Origin: Porphyridium purpureum
Lineage: Eukaryota
NCBI GenBank assembly: GCA_008690995.1
Contig: VRMN01000001.1
Span: forward strand, 2,976,001-3,040,000
Reading direction: 5' to 3'
Length of the DNA stretch: 64,000 bases
Every line of letters starts with the position of its first letter. The stretch's first letter is position 1. Below, piece after piece: positions 1 to 10,955 of the stretch. A program made the position numbers and the translations under genes. The notes under the pieces are model-generated. The model did no database searches. It saw nothing but the letters and a program-made list of their open reading frames with translations, and had not been told where the DNA came from.

Positions 1-493
1 GAGACATGTCGGCCTGCGCCATGCTTACCTCAATGCGCGCATTGCGAAGGTCTGGTGACACGTTCACGTCCATGACACTGAGCATGAGTGTTGACCAAGA
101 CGGCAAGCCGTGAAACCTAGCATGCGTGGTATACTGGTCTCTCAGAACCATACTGATTTCTCTCTTAATCATCTCTGCTACTCGGTTGGGCCGCCGCCGC
201 TCCATTGATGTGTCGACCCCTCTCATACCGGAGCCGCGCGTCGAGCCAGAGCCACCACCTCTGCGCGCCGACGAAGACGACCGCCTCGACGCCTCTCCTC
301 CAGCTCCATTTCCACGCTTCGACGCGGCCATGCGCAGCGCTCCTGCTGCTGCGGGAGCGCTGACGGCACGTCGCGAGACGAATATCTCGTGCACTTCACA
401 CACGAATTGCGCGTGTTTTGCGACGCGCGGCTGCTGCGTCCTGTGCGAGAACCATGGCGCCACTTGCGCCCCACCCTGTGTCACAAACGCCAT
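1..493 (-). CDS. rbfA: Plastid ribosome-binding factor A (3' end runs off window)
   Basis: Not in ORF track. Manual translation from ATG at 493 gives MAFVTQGG... (Phe-type transit peptide), then RRPNRVAEMIKREIS...SVMDVNVSPDLRNARIEVS, the RbfA KH-fold signature. Frame stays open to position 1. Confidence 0.85.
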   Translation of the reverse strand, partial: MAFVTQGGAQVAPWFSHRTQQPRVAKHAQFVCEVHEIFVSRRAVSAPAAAGALRMAASKRGNGAGGEASRRSSSSARRGGGSGSTRGSGMRGVDTSMERRRPNRVAEMIKREISMVLRDQYTTHARFHGLPSWSTLMLSVMDVNVSPDLRNARIEVSMAQADMS

Positions 494-947
494 GCCTGGC
501 ACTGCACGAAGATAGAATACAAAGGCAATGCGACGCAATGCTGCGCAACTCGTCACGCACAACGCACACCCGCCGCTTGTCTGTGCCAAGCGCACGCCCT
601 CAGCCTCGCTTCACGGCGTGTTCGGCCGCGCGCACTTCAAACCGGTCAGAGCTACATGTAAGTCACTGTACTATAAGTACACTGGCGGCGATGGGTTGTG
701 ACATGACAAAGGAACCAGGCACGACTTCGGTGCGACTCGTACGTGCGGCGCTGGCGTTGTGACCCGCTGTTTGCGAACGCAGAGGCTACTGCGGCGAGCA
801 GCTCTTCTCAAGCTCTACTTGGTGTCGACCCACGTGTCTGGAAATTGCGTAACACGCCCGCCACATGCTGGCAGACTGACTTGGTGGTGTGGGTCTTGCT
901 CTGGCTTCTTGTGCAACAAAAGGGAACCGAGGCTGAGATACGAAACC

Positions 948-1595
948 ATGGCGTTCTTTGTGGTTCTGATCTATGTGTCAGGATACCTGTCGCTGGTGCT
1001 CGCTGCGCTTAGTATGGCATGCGGCTTGTATTATATGGCCGAGTTGGCAGAGGAGCACACCTCCACCGCCAAGAGGGCGATCAAGTACCTGCTGTACGGA
1101 TTGCTGATAGCTCATGTACTGCTTCTCGTGTATGAACGCTTCCCGCCAGTGTATCCTTTGATCGGAATGGTGGCGCACGGTTCATACTTACGCCTCATGA
1201 AGGTATTTCCGCTCGTCGACCCAAAATCGGTTCCATTCTTTGCATGCGTGCTCATGTTCTGTGCGAGTAACGTGGGGTGGTTCTACATGTTCAAGACAGA
1301 GGCCGAGCGTTTTTACCAGTATCGAGTGCTCGGTGGCCCGAGCGTGAGCGCGTTCTTTGCGCTCATGGTTTGGAGCGTGCCTGTCGCGCTTTTTGTGAGC
1401 CTGACAGTCAATGACGCGATGTTACCAGGCGCTACAGATTCTCAGAGAAGCTCTGCGTCCCGATCTACCCTTGACAGAAGAGGAGGCTCAGGAAGCACCA
1501 GCAATGGCAGCTCTTTAATGACCGCCTTCTTGAGTTCTGCCAAGAGCTGGCTTGGTATTTCAGGTGGCACTTCACAAAAACACACTTTAGACTAA
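948..1595 (+). CDS. TEX261: TEX261/SVP26 (Erv26) family ER-Golgi membrane cargo adaptor
   Basis: LSMACGLYYMAELAEEHT motif, several TM helices and FVSLTVNDAMLP C-terminal motif. First ATG is at 948. Confidence 0.85.
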   Translation: MAFFVVLIYVSGYLSLVLAALSMACGLYYMAELAEEHTSTAKRAIKYLLYGLLIAHVLLLVYERFPPVYPLIGMVAHGSYLRLMKVFPLVDPKSVPFFACVLMFCASNVGWFYMFKTEAERFYQYRVLGGPSVSAFFALMVWSVPVALFVSLTVNDAMLPGATDSQRSSASRSTLDRRGGSGSTSNGSSLMTAFLSSAKSWLGISGGTSQKHTLD

Positions 1596-1682
1596 ATGAA
1601 GATATTCTGGAACCGCGCGAAGTTTGTGCTGCGTTGTGGACGAGACTGGGAACGCCCTCCAACACAAGTACTCCCCATCGCG

Positions 1683-2279
1683 ATGAAGGTCGCGTTTTGT
1701 ACACCAATCTCGGCGTCACGGGCGGCGAGGCCATGTGCTTCAAGTACGAGCGCCCAACTTGGGCCGCAAGTGCGAGCACGCCCGCGGACGGAATCCCGCG
1801 CTCGATTCTATTTGTGCGCTGCTTCTCCACCGGATGGCGCTTTGGGTGAGAAGGACGTCTCGTGGGTGATGTTGTTCCGCCATGAGATGGCGATTAACAT
1901 CGCAGCAATTGCGGAGGCAGGGCTTCCGGTTCCGACGGGAATCAATGCTGTCGAACTGAATGTGTCGACCGTGAGGGAAGATCTGTACGCGCAGGCTCCT
2001 AGTGTGTGCGTGCTCGAGTACCTGGAACACCCCAAATTGTACCACATGCTCCAGATGGATTCCCTTCGAGTGCTGCCGGCCTTTGAAACTGAGCGTGACG
2101 CCGCCAACTTTGCAAAGGTCGCAGACGAGCGTGATGCCCTGAAGCTGCAGGTGCGTCGAATCGCTACTAAAGATCTCGAAAAGTATGCTCTGGAGTGGGA
2201 TCTTGACAACGAGATGCCTACATTGGGCTTTGTGCCCGACGGAAATACAGTCGACGTGATGTCGCTCCGCTCCGCATGA
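1683..2279 (+). CDS. Probable plastid protein, DUF3110-like
   Basis: MKVAFC... Ser/Arg/Ala-rich transit peptide. WVMLF...VLPAFETERDAANFA...FVPDG resembles cyanobacterial/plastid DUF3110. Confidence 0.5.
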   Translation: MKVAFCTPISASRAARPCASSTSAQLGPQVRARPRTESRARFYLCAASPPDGALGEKDVSWVMLFRHEMAINIAAIAEAGLPVPTGINAVELNVSTVREDLYAQAPSVCVLEYLEHPKLYHMLQMDSLRVLPAFETERDAANFAKVADERDALKLQVRRIATKDLEKYALEWDLDNEMPTLGFVPDGNTVDVMSLRSA

Positions 2280-2327
2280 GAAGAAGAACAGTGGCGACAA
2301 GCGAATCGATCACACATGGCTTTCTAT

Positions 2328-3246
2328 CTACACAGAGGTGGTTCCGATGGACAGCTTACTACATGCAGGACACCGCCAAGATCCTTTCGGAGTCACTGTT
2401 AGGCCCACGCACTTAAAGTGGAACCATTCGCGTGGGCACTGTAGAAGGAAAGAAGTAGTAACTCGTTCTGGTCAGTAAAATCGCGCTCCGCTCACTTCTA
2501 TGAGATTGGAAAGGGAAATCTCAGCCAGCATCACCCATGCATGCTCACGCGGGCACAAGCAACAACGAACACAAACGCACCTCTGGGTTTTCACAGGCAA
2601 TCATCTCGCCGTAAGATATTTCGTTACAAAAGCAGTATCGCGGCCCGTCCGTGGCTTGCGCACCCGCGAGGGAGCCAGCCTGTATATCATTGCCGTCCAC
2701 TTCCAGCGCACCAGCTGCCGCGTCTCCTTCAGCACCGCGGCCAGCGCGAGGCGACGGCAACGCTCCTGACTGAAGTTTAGGCGACTGCTGCGTCTGCTGG
2801 ATTTTTTGGTAGGCGCTATTCCTGCGGATGGCGGCTTCGACCACATGGTAAGCGTCATTAAACTTGGAGCTCTTCTCCTGAATAAGGTCATGGATCTGCT
2901 GGGTCAGGTTTGCCTTCTGCTCGCTCAGGACGCAGGACGCCTTGTACAATGAGTCCAGCTCCTGCTGCAGCAGTGCGAATTTTTGCTGATTCAACTGGTG
3001 CGGCAATTGTTCACTCTCGTCCATCGCCTCGAGCAGATGCATCTTTGCTGCTGGGTCCGCATCGCGACTGTTGCTGCCGCTCATGAGCGCGAGCTGCGCC
3101 AACACGACGCCCTCAGCGCGGGCGCCGACCTGCTGCATTTCCACGTCCAGCTCTCTTATCCGACGGCATATCTCCACCGTCGAGCTCGACAGCGACGACC
3201 CCACAAACGACGCCTGCCAGGCCTCCTCCAGTTCTCGCAACTCCAT
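2328..3246 (-). CDS. ING: ING (inhibitor of growth) family PHD-finger protein, 2 exons (3246-2581, 2438-2328)
   Basis: Helical N-terminus, then [20 protein letters not shown] 142-nt intron (GTGCGT..TACTGAC..CAG) joins it to [26 protein letters not shown], completing the ING PHD finger. Confidence 0.9.
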
Positions 3247-3636
3247 CGCTCCCCATACCACCTCCCACCCTTCTTCAGTCCTCCGCACCACAACCCTTCG
3301 TCTCCGTCCAAACTAGGAAAAAAAATCCACCACTGTACTTCACTGTACACGTCGCTGTACCTCGAAGGATGATGCGTGGCCGCAGGGGAACAAGGGGCGT
3401 GTGCGTGTGCGTGTGCGAAAGTGATCGAGTGAACGGATTGGAAACGGAGCACACGGGGGGAAGACGGAAGCTTGCATGGAGGGGACGCAGGTGGCGAACG
3501 CGTGATCGTGCGTTGTACGCAGGGAAAAACACGCGTGCACTGCGGCTGCCTGAGACCCGGGTGCTCCGGACGTGTGATCGGGCCGGCCGGCGGCGGTGTG
3601 TGCACAGCGGGACACGCGGCCAAGCGCACATCCAGC

Positions 3637-5937
3637 ATGAGTGCGGACGAGATGCTGCTTCCGGCGACGCCGACCACCGCAAGCAAGGCGTCTCGAGGCC
3701 GCGGGATAGTCGTGCGGACATTGGAGTACTTTGTCGATTCCGACGTGCCGCCGCACTGGCTGCCGCATCTGGATGGGCTGCGCGCGATCGCCCTGCTCGG
3801 CGTGCTCCTTTATCACTTCGAGCTGCTTGCATGTTTGGGCGGATTCACTGGCGTAGACGTCTTTCTGGTGCTCTCCGGCTTCTTGATGACAAGAAACATC
3901 ATGAAAAAGATAGCCACAGACTCGTTTGTGCTATCCGAGTTTTACAAGGGCCGCTTTTGGCGGCTCTATCCCTCGTCACTGTTCACCACAACGCTTACCA
4001 TGATGCTAGCGTACTTTATATTCTCGCCCACGCTTGCATACGATACGGTCAGATCAGGCTTTTCCAGCATGTTGCTCTCGTCGAATATTCTGTTCAGCAC
4101 TGAAGTCGGTGGTTACTTTGACAAGTCAGTCATTCTCAAACCGCTGCTACACACCTGGTCTTTATCGCTGGAGGAGCAGTACTACTTGTTCTGGCCACTG
4201 TTTCTGATCGTGACCGCAAGCCTGCAGAAGCCCGTGCTCGAGCCTTGGTTTGTCGTGATCGTCGCAGGACTTTCACTCATCTCTTTTGTGCTTGCATGCG
4301 TACTCGTGTATCCAATGGCGACGTTCTCATGGTATATGCTGCCCACGCGAATCTATGAGTTCACCATCGGGTGCCTTGTGCACGTCTTCTTTCCGCGTAT
4401 GACTTCGTGGCCACGGATGCTGCAGAACTCGCTTTGCTCGCTGGGCTTACTAGGCATTTTGTGGTCGTATTTCTTTCTGGATGACAATACGCGGTTTCCG
4501 GGTTGGGCTTCGATTCCGAGCACGGTTGGTGCCGCGCTGATTATTTTATCACCCAACTCCCATATCTCGCGCCTTTTCCTTTGCAACAAGGCGCTGCGAT
4601 GGCTGGGCAAAATTTCATACGCTGCGTACCTTGTGCATTGGCCGCTTTGGGTTTACTGCTGTTATATCACTGATTCGCGCGCACACGGCGTGTGGCTTTT
4701 CGGGCTCACGCTCGTACTTGCATATGCTCAGTTGCATCTTTTCGAGACCCCTATGAGAGAAGCTAAGCAGCCGAAGCTGCGAATGATTGCATTCATTGCC
4801 CTTGCTTGTTCTGCCGTCTTTTTGGTGACCAGTGGTCTTTACTCGAACGGCTGGTCATTCCGACTGGTTTCGCCAAATTTGGCACACGGCGGCAGCATCG
4901 GCAAAGCAACCGATTTGTCCGCGGGGGCTCCCGCCCATAGCTCGGGCGTAGAGCAAGACACAAAGCGTACAGGGCTCAATGGCGCCGCCGTTTCCACAGA
5001 AAGTGTCGTCGCACAGGTAGACCGGCACGGCCTCCCGGAGGAGCTATGCAGCGCATTCGAGAGCGTGAAAGACTTCCCTTCCTCTCTTTTCCACCACACG
5101 CGCTACCAAGGAAATCCTCTCCTGCTGGAAAATGGGGGAATTAGCGAATGGATCTCGACGCCACCCGAGCAGCTGGCATCAACCCTTGTTACGATTGGTT
5201 CCTTCAAGGATAGGCGACCCACAGCTATTTTCCTCGGTGATTCGTTCATGGGTAATTTGATACCTAGCTTCAACATCCTCGCGCGCGACCGGGACGTTTA
5301 CTTTGCTGGGGTTATTGCCAGCGGGTGCTTTACATTGTTTTCTGAATCAGAAGATCGCCAGGAAATTTACATGAGCTCGAAGAAGAATGGGCGCGAAGAC
5401 TGCATGGCGTGGACGCGTACTGCTCAACGACTTGTCGAGGATCTGAAGTTCAAGACAACCTTCCTGTTAGTGTACCGTTGGGGTAGCTCACCGTATCACC
5501 ACAGCTTGAAGCACGCCAAAAATGGGACGGACGCATTTCAAGAAGGTTTGACGAGCATGGTATCCTATATTCTCGATCAAGGGCACAAAGTGGTGCTGGT
5601 TGGTGCACCACCTAATCCGACAAAGAATCCGCAGGAATGCTTGGATCGTCGCGGAACGCTTGCATTCGGCAGCGAACCGTGCGACTCGTGGGCGAGCCCG
5701 GACCTCGCAGCGGCCAGGGCAAACTTTGTGATGAGTGAGCTTGTGCAAGCGCCCCAGTTTAAGGACAGAGTCAGTCTTCTGAACATGTTTTCACTTCTTT
5801 GTAGAAGGAAGAACGAGTGTCGCCAGATTGGCCTTCGCGATCGCGCGCTCTACCGCGATAATGTTGGGCACATGACTATCTATGGAGGACTCGCGTACAC
5901 AAATCCGTTGGGTGATAGCTTGCTGCGATTTTCCTAA
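3637..5937 (+). CDS. OafA/OatA-type O-acyltransferase (acyltransferase-3 membrane domain + SGNH domain)
   Basis: HLDGLRAIA, GVDVFLVLSGFLMT, LHTWSLSLEEQYY and LGKISYAAYLVHWP. C-terminal LGDSF ... YRDNVGHMT are SGNH catalytic motifs. Start codon uncertain. Confidence 0.88.
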   Translation: MSADEMLLPATPTTASKASRGRGIVVRTLEYFVDSDVPPHWLPHLDGLRAIALLGVLLYHFELLACLGGFTGVDVFLVLSGFLMTRNIMKKIATDSFVLSEFYKGRFWRLYPSSLFTTTLTMMLAYFIFSPTLAYDTVRSGFSSMLLSSNILFSTEVGGYFDKSVILKPLLHTWSLSLEEQYYLFWPLFLIVTASLQKPVLEPWFVVIVAGLSLISFVLACVLVYPMATFSWYMLPTRIYEFTIGCLVHVFFPRMTSWPRMLQNSLCSLGLLGILWSYFFLDDNTRFPGWASIPSTVGAALIILSPNSHISRLFLCNKALRWLGKISYAAYLVHWPLWVYCCYITDSRAHGVWLFGLTLVLAYAQLHLFETPMREAKQPKLRMIAFIALACSAVFLVTSGLYSNGWSFRLVSPNLAHGGSIGKATDLSAGAPAHSSGVEQDTKRTGLNGAAVSTESVVAQVDRHGLPEELCSAFESVKDFPSSLFHHTRYQGNPLLLENGGISEWISTPPEQLASTLVTIGSFKDRRPTAIFLGDSFMGNLIPSFNILARDRDVYFAGVIASGCFTLFSESEDRQEIYMSSKKNGREDCMAWTRTAQRLVEDLKFKTTFLLVYRWGSSPYHHSLKHAKNGTDAFQEGLTSMVSYILDQGHKVVLVGAPPNPTKNPQECLDRRGTLAFGSEPCDSWASPDLAAARANFVMSELVQAPQFKDRVSLLNMFSLLCRRKNECRQIGLRDRALYRDNVGHMTIYGGLAYTNPLGDSLLRFS

Positions 5938-6207
5938 CGTTCGTGGATGCACCACTCGCCTTTGTCATCATACAGCAAGGACGTAGAAAAATGAAAAAGA
6001 ATGCAAAAAAAAATGATGGCTAAGTGAGCTTCGCGAGGCTTCTATGCAACGTCTTCTCCCGCGCCCAGGTCGCGTGCGATCTCTGTCGGAAATTGGCACG
6101 TTCGAAGGGGCAGTCAAAGACCGCATCTTTGCTCGCGACGCGGCCAGCTCGGAAAAAATCCAGCTTTCTTACCGAGGACACTTTGGTTTCAGTGTCTTTA
6201 CTGGATC

Positions 6208-7434
6208 CTAGATCTCTTCTGTGTCCTCCATGTCCTGAATGTTATCCATCTCTGTGCGCCTCGGATATTTATTCCGTTTCCGCTGTGGCACCATGCCCTC
6301 CTCCAACCGTTCCACCACGCGCAACTTGGCGCTACGGGCTCGAGGATTCCGACGGCTCTCGTCGACTTCGGCCACGATCGGTCTCTTAGTCAAGATCCTC
6401 ACTCCACCCGTCTCGAGCGCGTACTCCTTGAACGTTTGCTTGACAATGCGGTCCTCCAAGGAGTGAAAGCTTATCACTGCCAATCTACCGCTCCCTGGTC
6501 GGAGGGCGTGAATGGCATCCGGCAGTGCGCGCTCAAGCACGTCCATTTCGGCATTGACATGAATGCGCAAAGCCTGGAAGGTTAGCGTAGCTGGGTGTAT
6601 TTTCATTTTGCCGCCGGGACGCCTTCTCGCGGCACCGGCCACCAAATTGGCCAGCTGCTCCGTGCTCTCGAATAGACCGTGCTCTTCACGGTGCTGTACA
6701 ATCCTGGCCGCCAGCTTTCTCCACCGCGGCTCCTCACCGTACGTCTTCAGAATGTAGCCGAGCTCTTCCTCACTGCGGCGATTTACCACATCAGCTGCCG
6801 TCTCTCTGCTGCGTGGATTCATTCTCATGTCCAGCGGTCCTGCCCGCATGAAGCTAAAGCCTCGCTCGGCGTTGTCGAGCTGCATTGACGACACACCAAT
6901 GTCCAGCAGGATCGCATCCACCCCACCGTACACATCCGACCCGAGCCGCAATAGTTCGTGTCGCATTTCTGCAAAGTTGGCGTGGACGAACCGGACCTTG
7001 TCTCGCCACGGATGCAGTGTACGCTGCGCAATGGTCAACGCGCTTTCGTCTTGGTCGAATGCAATGTACTGTTCAATCGACGGACATGCCTGCAAAAGAG
7101 TTGACGCATGATACCCGGCGCCCACGGTTCCATCCACAACTATTCTCACCGGTGGCCACGGCGTCGTCAACACACCAGTCGCACTCTCGCTCTCGGGCCG
7201 GCTCCTACTGGTCAAAAGCTGCTCAACAACCTGCTGGGATAGCACGCCCTCGTGCGGCAAGTCGGCGCGTTCCGCGTGTTCTACCGCATCACACCCGGCA
7301 TCATGATCCGTAAGCACACTCCCACTCAACCTTCTCCTGCCCTTTGGTGCGCGCCATAGGATCGGCATTCGGCACGCTCGCGCTCGCGGCCATCTGCGCA
7401 CGACGCAGGTGCCGGCAACAAACGCGGCTGTCAT
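6208..7434 (-). CDS. rsmH: 16S rRNA m4C1402 methyltransferase RsmH/MraW, probably plastid-targeted
   Basis: VDGTVGAGYH, LDIGVSSMQLD, RGFSF..GPLDMRM, HPAT..FQALRI.VN.E, ISFHSLEDRIVK and NPRARSAKLR. N-terminus is MTAAFV. Confidence 0.95.
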   Translation of the reverse strand: MTAAFVAGTCVVRRWPRARACRMPILWRAPKGRRRLSGSVLTDHDAGCDAVEHAERADLPHEGVLSQQVVEQLLTSRSRPESESATGVLTTPWPPVRIVVDGTVGAGYHASTLLQACPSIEQYIAFDQDESALTIAQRTLHPWRDKVRFVHANFAEMRHELLRLGSDVYGGVDAILLDIGVSSMQLDNAERGFSFMRAGPLDMRMNPRSRETAADVVNRRSEEELGYILKTYGEEPRWRKLAARIVQHREEHGLFESTEQLANLVAGAARRRPGGKMKIHPATLTFQALRIHVNAEMDVLERALPDAIHALRPGSGRLAVISFHSLEDRIVKQTFKEYALETGGVRILTKRPIVAEVDESRRNPRARSAKLRVVERLEEGMVPQRKRNKYPRRTEMDNIQDMEDTEEI

Positions 7435-8486
7435 GTGATGTGAATGTGTGTAGAGCGCAGGCGCACCATGCCATGCGCCTGCCACTTTCACCGTCGTCCC
7501 AACGGAATCTAAAAGATCCGATCAAACCCCGCGTGGGCGATAAACTTCCGACGAGACGCAATCACCCCGACCATATCCCAACTTGCACGACGTGGCGGGC
7601 GACGACGCGAGACGCCAGATGGAATGGGAATGGATAAACGCCTTCTGTCGGTTGTTGTGCCGATGAATGAAGGGGACCCGTCGACGCGGTGAGTGTGGCG
7701 ATGTACACGAAAGATAAAAGCCGATGCGCTGACCGTGACAAGATGCTGAGTAGGCGCTCCTCCGGTCGCACGCTAGACCTTTACCATGTTGTAATAATAA
7801 GAAGGTCCGTTTTGATAGACATTGCCAATTTCCGCTCAGTCCAACATTCTTCCAACTAGAAGAGCCAGCTTGCAGAAGTGTGAGCTTCGTGAACCGGTTG
7901 GCGTCGAGATGGACAGTTGCGGCGGGACGCAGCCGGCTCTTCATTCACACAAACGCACCGCTTCGCATCTTTTCTTCAATCTGACAGGGAGGCGAGCTCG
8001 GTACTCCCACAAGATTATGCCGAATCCGAGATGGCTCCTCTGTGACAAGGACATTCTTGCTCTACTCCGAGGCCGCGTATTTGCTTCTTGAATTTTCTCA
8101 CACCTCGCAGGCCGTCATGCTTCATGTCTTACGCGGATAAGTGAGCGGGTTTTCAGTACGTCCGCGTGGACTCGTCCATCGCCAGTTGACTTACGTGTCT
8201 CTCAAAATTGGTGAATTAGCTCTGATGTACGTCCTGGCAAAGCAAACCAGTTCCACGCAAGCAGAAGATATTTGAGCACGCGTGAGGTTACAGAAATCAG
8301 TCCTGCTACTCTAGAGCCACCACTTATGCTTGACGACTGAATCTGTCGAAGAACTGGAGCTCGCATGCGCATATAAGTTGCTTGTCGCGCATGGAATTAC
8401 TTGGCTCAAGATTGTCGAAGCAAAGGGAGCCAAGAAAAGTGATACGCTGGACGTGGCGACAACCAAGGAGTGGCCGTTTCGAGGCA

Positions 8487-9044
8487 ATGAAGGTCGACGA
8501 TGACGCGGTGGTGCCTGCTCTGAGTGGAATCAGAGAAACTTGGGATACTCAGCGCCGGCACATTTCACAAAGCATTGACTTTAGCCAGTTGGCGAGTCTG
8601 GTCGCGGCTTCCGAAAGCGACCTGGGCATGTCCAAGCCGGAGCCTTCGCTTGCATGGATGGCTAAATTGCAGACCGCCCGCAGCGCTCAAGACCCGCAGA
8701 TATTGATTAGACAGTGGAAGTCTCAGGCTTGCATGGTCGACCGAGGTGTGCGCAAGTCACACTCAGTGAATAGTCAGGCCGACTTTTTCAGATTACCTGA
8801 GCATGGAAATCAGCAGCGAGAGCAAGCGCCTCTTTGTAGCAAATACAGCTTGGAGTCATTTTCCGAATTGAGGTCTCTTGACGCCTTCCTGATTCCGACG
8901 CCGTACAAGACAACGAGCAGAAGTACATTGCCTACCATCCCAGAAGAGTGCGAGTATACTTCCGATGCAGACATGGATGAGGAGGTTCCTGAGGTGCCGG
9001 ATGCTGAGCTTCGTGGCGAGATGAACATTTTTCTCATGGATTAA
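8487..9044 (+). CDS. Hypothetical, largely disordered protein (185 aa)
   Basis: Open frame with a TATAAG at ~8372 upstream and an AT-rich 3' flank. Acidic C-terminus, no recognisable domain. Confidence 0.6.
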   Translation: MKVDDDAVVPALSGIRETWDTQRRHISQSIDFSQLASLVAASESDLGMSKPEPSLAWMAKLQTARSAQDPQILIRQWKSQACMVDRGVRKSHSVNSQADFFRLPEHGNQQREQAPLCSKYSLESFSELRSLDAFLIPTPYKTTSRSTLPTIPEECEYTSDADMDEEVPEVPDAELRGEMNIFLMD

Positions 9045-9560
9045 AAGTAAAAGATGATAATTTATATTCAGCACTGCGACTAATTAGGCGCGTTCTTTCC
9101 CAATGGAGAAGTGCAAGAGAAAGCAGAATACTGCTTGCGGCATCCGGAGCTCATGAACCTCCCTATTGTCGGTACCATCGAAATGGAAACCACCAGTGGA
9201 CGTAGCGCGAATCCGCAGCCGGTCTGCGAAGGAGCTTCTGCGCAGGCCGACCCACTCTCACCTGCGAGCGAGCGCATCCATCTTCCGTGAATGTACACAA
9301 GCGCCTCTGATTCTTCCCGCGTGGGTCAGCCAGGCGCCGACGACAGCTTTCACGTCCGGATGGTGGCTGAGCTTGTTCCGCTGCGCTACGTCCCCAACCC
9401 CTGCGGGTGTCGTCCGCCAAACGTGAGCTGAGGAGGGAGGTACAGTTATGAAAAGTTATTTAATGTTATAAAGGTACAGTGGCGTAAGGTTGGACCAGAT
9501 GTCGGGCTTTGTGCGCGTGGGTTGGGAGATGGTGAAGTGGGTCTTGGCGATGGAGACAGA

Positions 9561-10853
9561 ATGGCGTGCTGTGCGCGCGTGATAGGAGCGTCGTGGACGC
9601 GCGAGTACAGGCCATTTGGTATTGACAATTGCGAGGATGTCTGCGATGTGGAGTTCGCAAGCCTGCAGTGCCGCGCCGTGCAGCGCGCCATGACGTTGAT
9701 CGCAGCATGCGCACCAGAGGAAAAGAGCCAGCCACGGAATGACGCGCTGCAGAGGCTCGCGCGCGTGAGGAAGACAAACGGTTCAGCCCAGAAAGATCGC
9801 TTGTTTGTGGATTTGCTCCTCGGTGCGCGGGGCAGCTGGCAACGCATTTGTCAAAATGCAGCGCCTGATGCAAGCGCGGCACTCGATGCCGCAGACCCGC
9901 AACAGGCCGGAACTACAGCTGCGAGGGAATGCAGGGACTGGATACAGGCCTATCTGGAGCCAGGGTCGTCGCTTCCGCAAGTCGCTCGCGCTCCAAGGAC
10001 AATTCCGAAGTCTGGCATCGCCAGGAAGCAGTTGCGCTCGCCTGAACTTTGGCCCATCGTTACGAAAAATCTTTCCGCTCTTCCTCAGGACATTGTCTTC
10101 GCTTCGGCACTCAAAGCGAAAATGTACGAAATCATGTACGCGCTGTACGAGGCGCAACGAACGAGAGACCGGGAAGACGGGACGGACCAAATGCGCAATG
10201 CAGCACTATTGATGGGAAGTGATTCGGCACGCATTGTTGCGGATGGTTGGGATTGCTCCAGTGCGCAGTCCACAAGCCGGACCCTGAAGGTCGATGAGCT
10301 GTGTAGCTCGATCCCGTCACAAGCCAATCTGACTGCGGATGGACAAAGATGTACCTGCTCGGAGCTTTGTGATGAGGATCCGAGAAGTACAGGTGCACAC
10401 GAACAAACGTGGCACGGCGTGGATGTGTCGAGCTGCGTGACGGCTTTTCTCATGACCTTCTCTGGTGGCAAGGCGCTCACTGGTTCTCCAGTGGCGCATG
10501 CTGTGATGATGTGTGTACATCGTGCCGCAGAACGCTTCGTACGTGATACCAAGCGAACCGGTCTCGATGCCATTGCGGCCGAGCCCAAGACAGAGGTCCA
10601 GGTCGGGCCCGAAATGGCGCAGTATGTGTGTACAGGCCTTGACTGCTTTGTACTGCGCGAACCGTGCGTCATGTGTGCCATGGCGCTGACTCACTCGCGG
10701 ATTCGACGGGTTTTCTTTGCATTTGCCCGCACCGCGAGCAGCGGAGGATTCTATGATGCATCGATTCATGAAGTCAAGGAGCTCAACCATCGCTACTATG
10801 CCATACATCTTGTGCATTTCGATGCGTACGTCGCAGCGCGCAATACTAAGTAG
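9561..10853 (+). CDS. TAD3: tRNA adenosine-34 deaminase non-catalytic subunit TAD3/ADAT3
   Basis: HAVMMC (HAE->HAV pseudo-active site), YVCTGLDCFVLREPCVMCAMALTHSRIRRVFF and LNHRY. Start codon uncertain. Confidence 0.9.
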   Translation: MACCARVIGASWTREYRPFGIDNCEDVCDVEFASLQCRAVQRAMTLIAACAPEEKSQPRNDALQRLARVRKTNGSAQKDRLFVDLLLGARGSWQRICQNAAPDASAALDAADPQQAGTTAARECRDWIQAYLEPGSSLPQVARAPRTIPKSGIARKQLRSPELWPIVTKNLSALPQDIVFASALKAKMYEIMYALYEAQRTRDREDGTDQMRNAALLMGSDSARIVADGWDCSSAQSTSRTLKVDELCSSIPSQANLTADGQRCTCSELCDEDPRSTGAHEQTWHGVDVSSCVTAFLMTFSGGKALTGSPVAHAVMMCVHRAAERFVRDTKRTGLDAIAAEPKTEVQVGPEMAQYVCTGLDCFVLREPCVMCAMALTHSRIRRVFFAFARTASSGGFYDASIHEVKELNHRYYAIHLVHFDAYVAARNTK

Positions 10854-10955
10854 CCTTTTTTGTGGACAATCTGCGGAGATGACAAGACCAGTCTGTTTCT
10901 TTGTGCCTCTAGTGTTTTTTGACATGATCATCGCGCTTAAAACATACTTCATTCG

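Noticed and set aside
126..515. Plus-strand 129-aa ORF
   Set aside because: Antisense shadow of rbfA. The same applies to most short overlapping ORFs in this GC-rich window.
7660..7740. Possible C/D-box snoRNA (TGAATGA...CTGA)
   Set aside because: Imperfect C box, poor terminal stem and no recognisable rRNA guide.
9561..10853. Missing catalytic Glu in the deaminase (HAV)
   Set aside because: Normal for TAD3/ADAT3.
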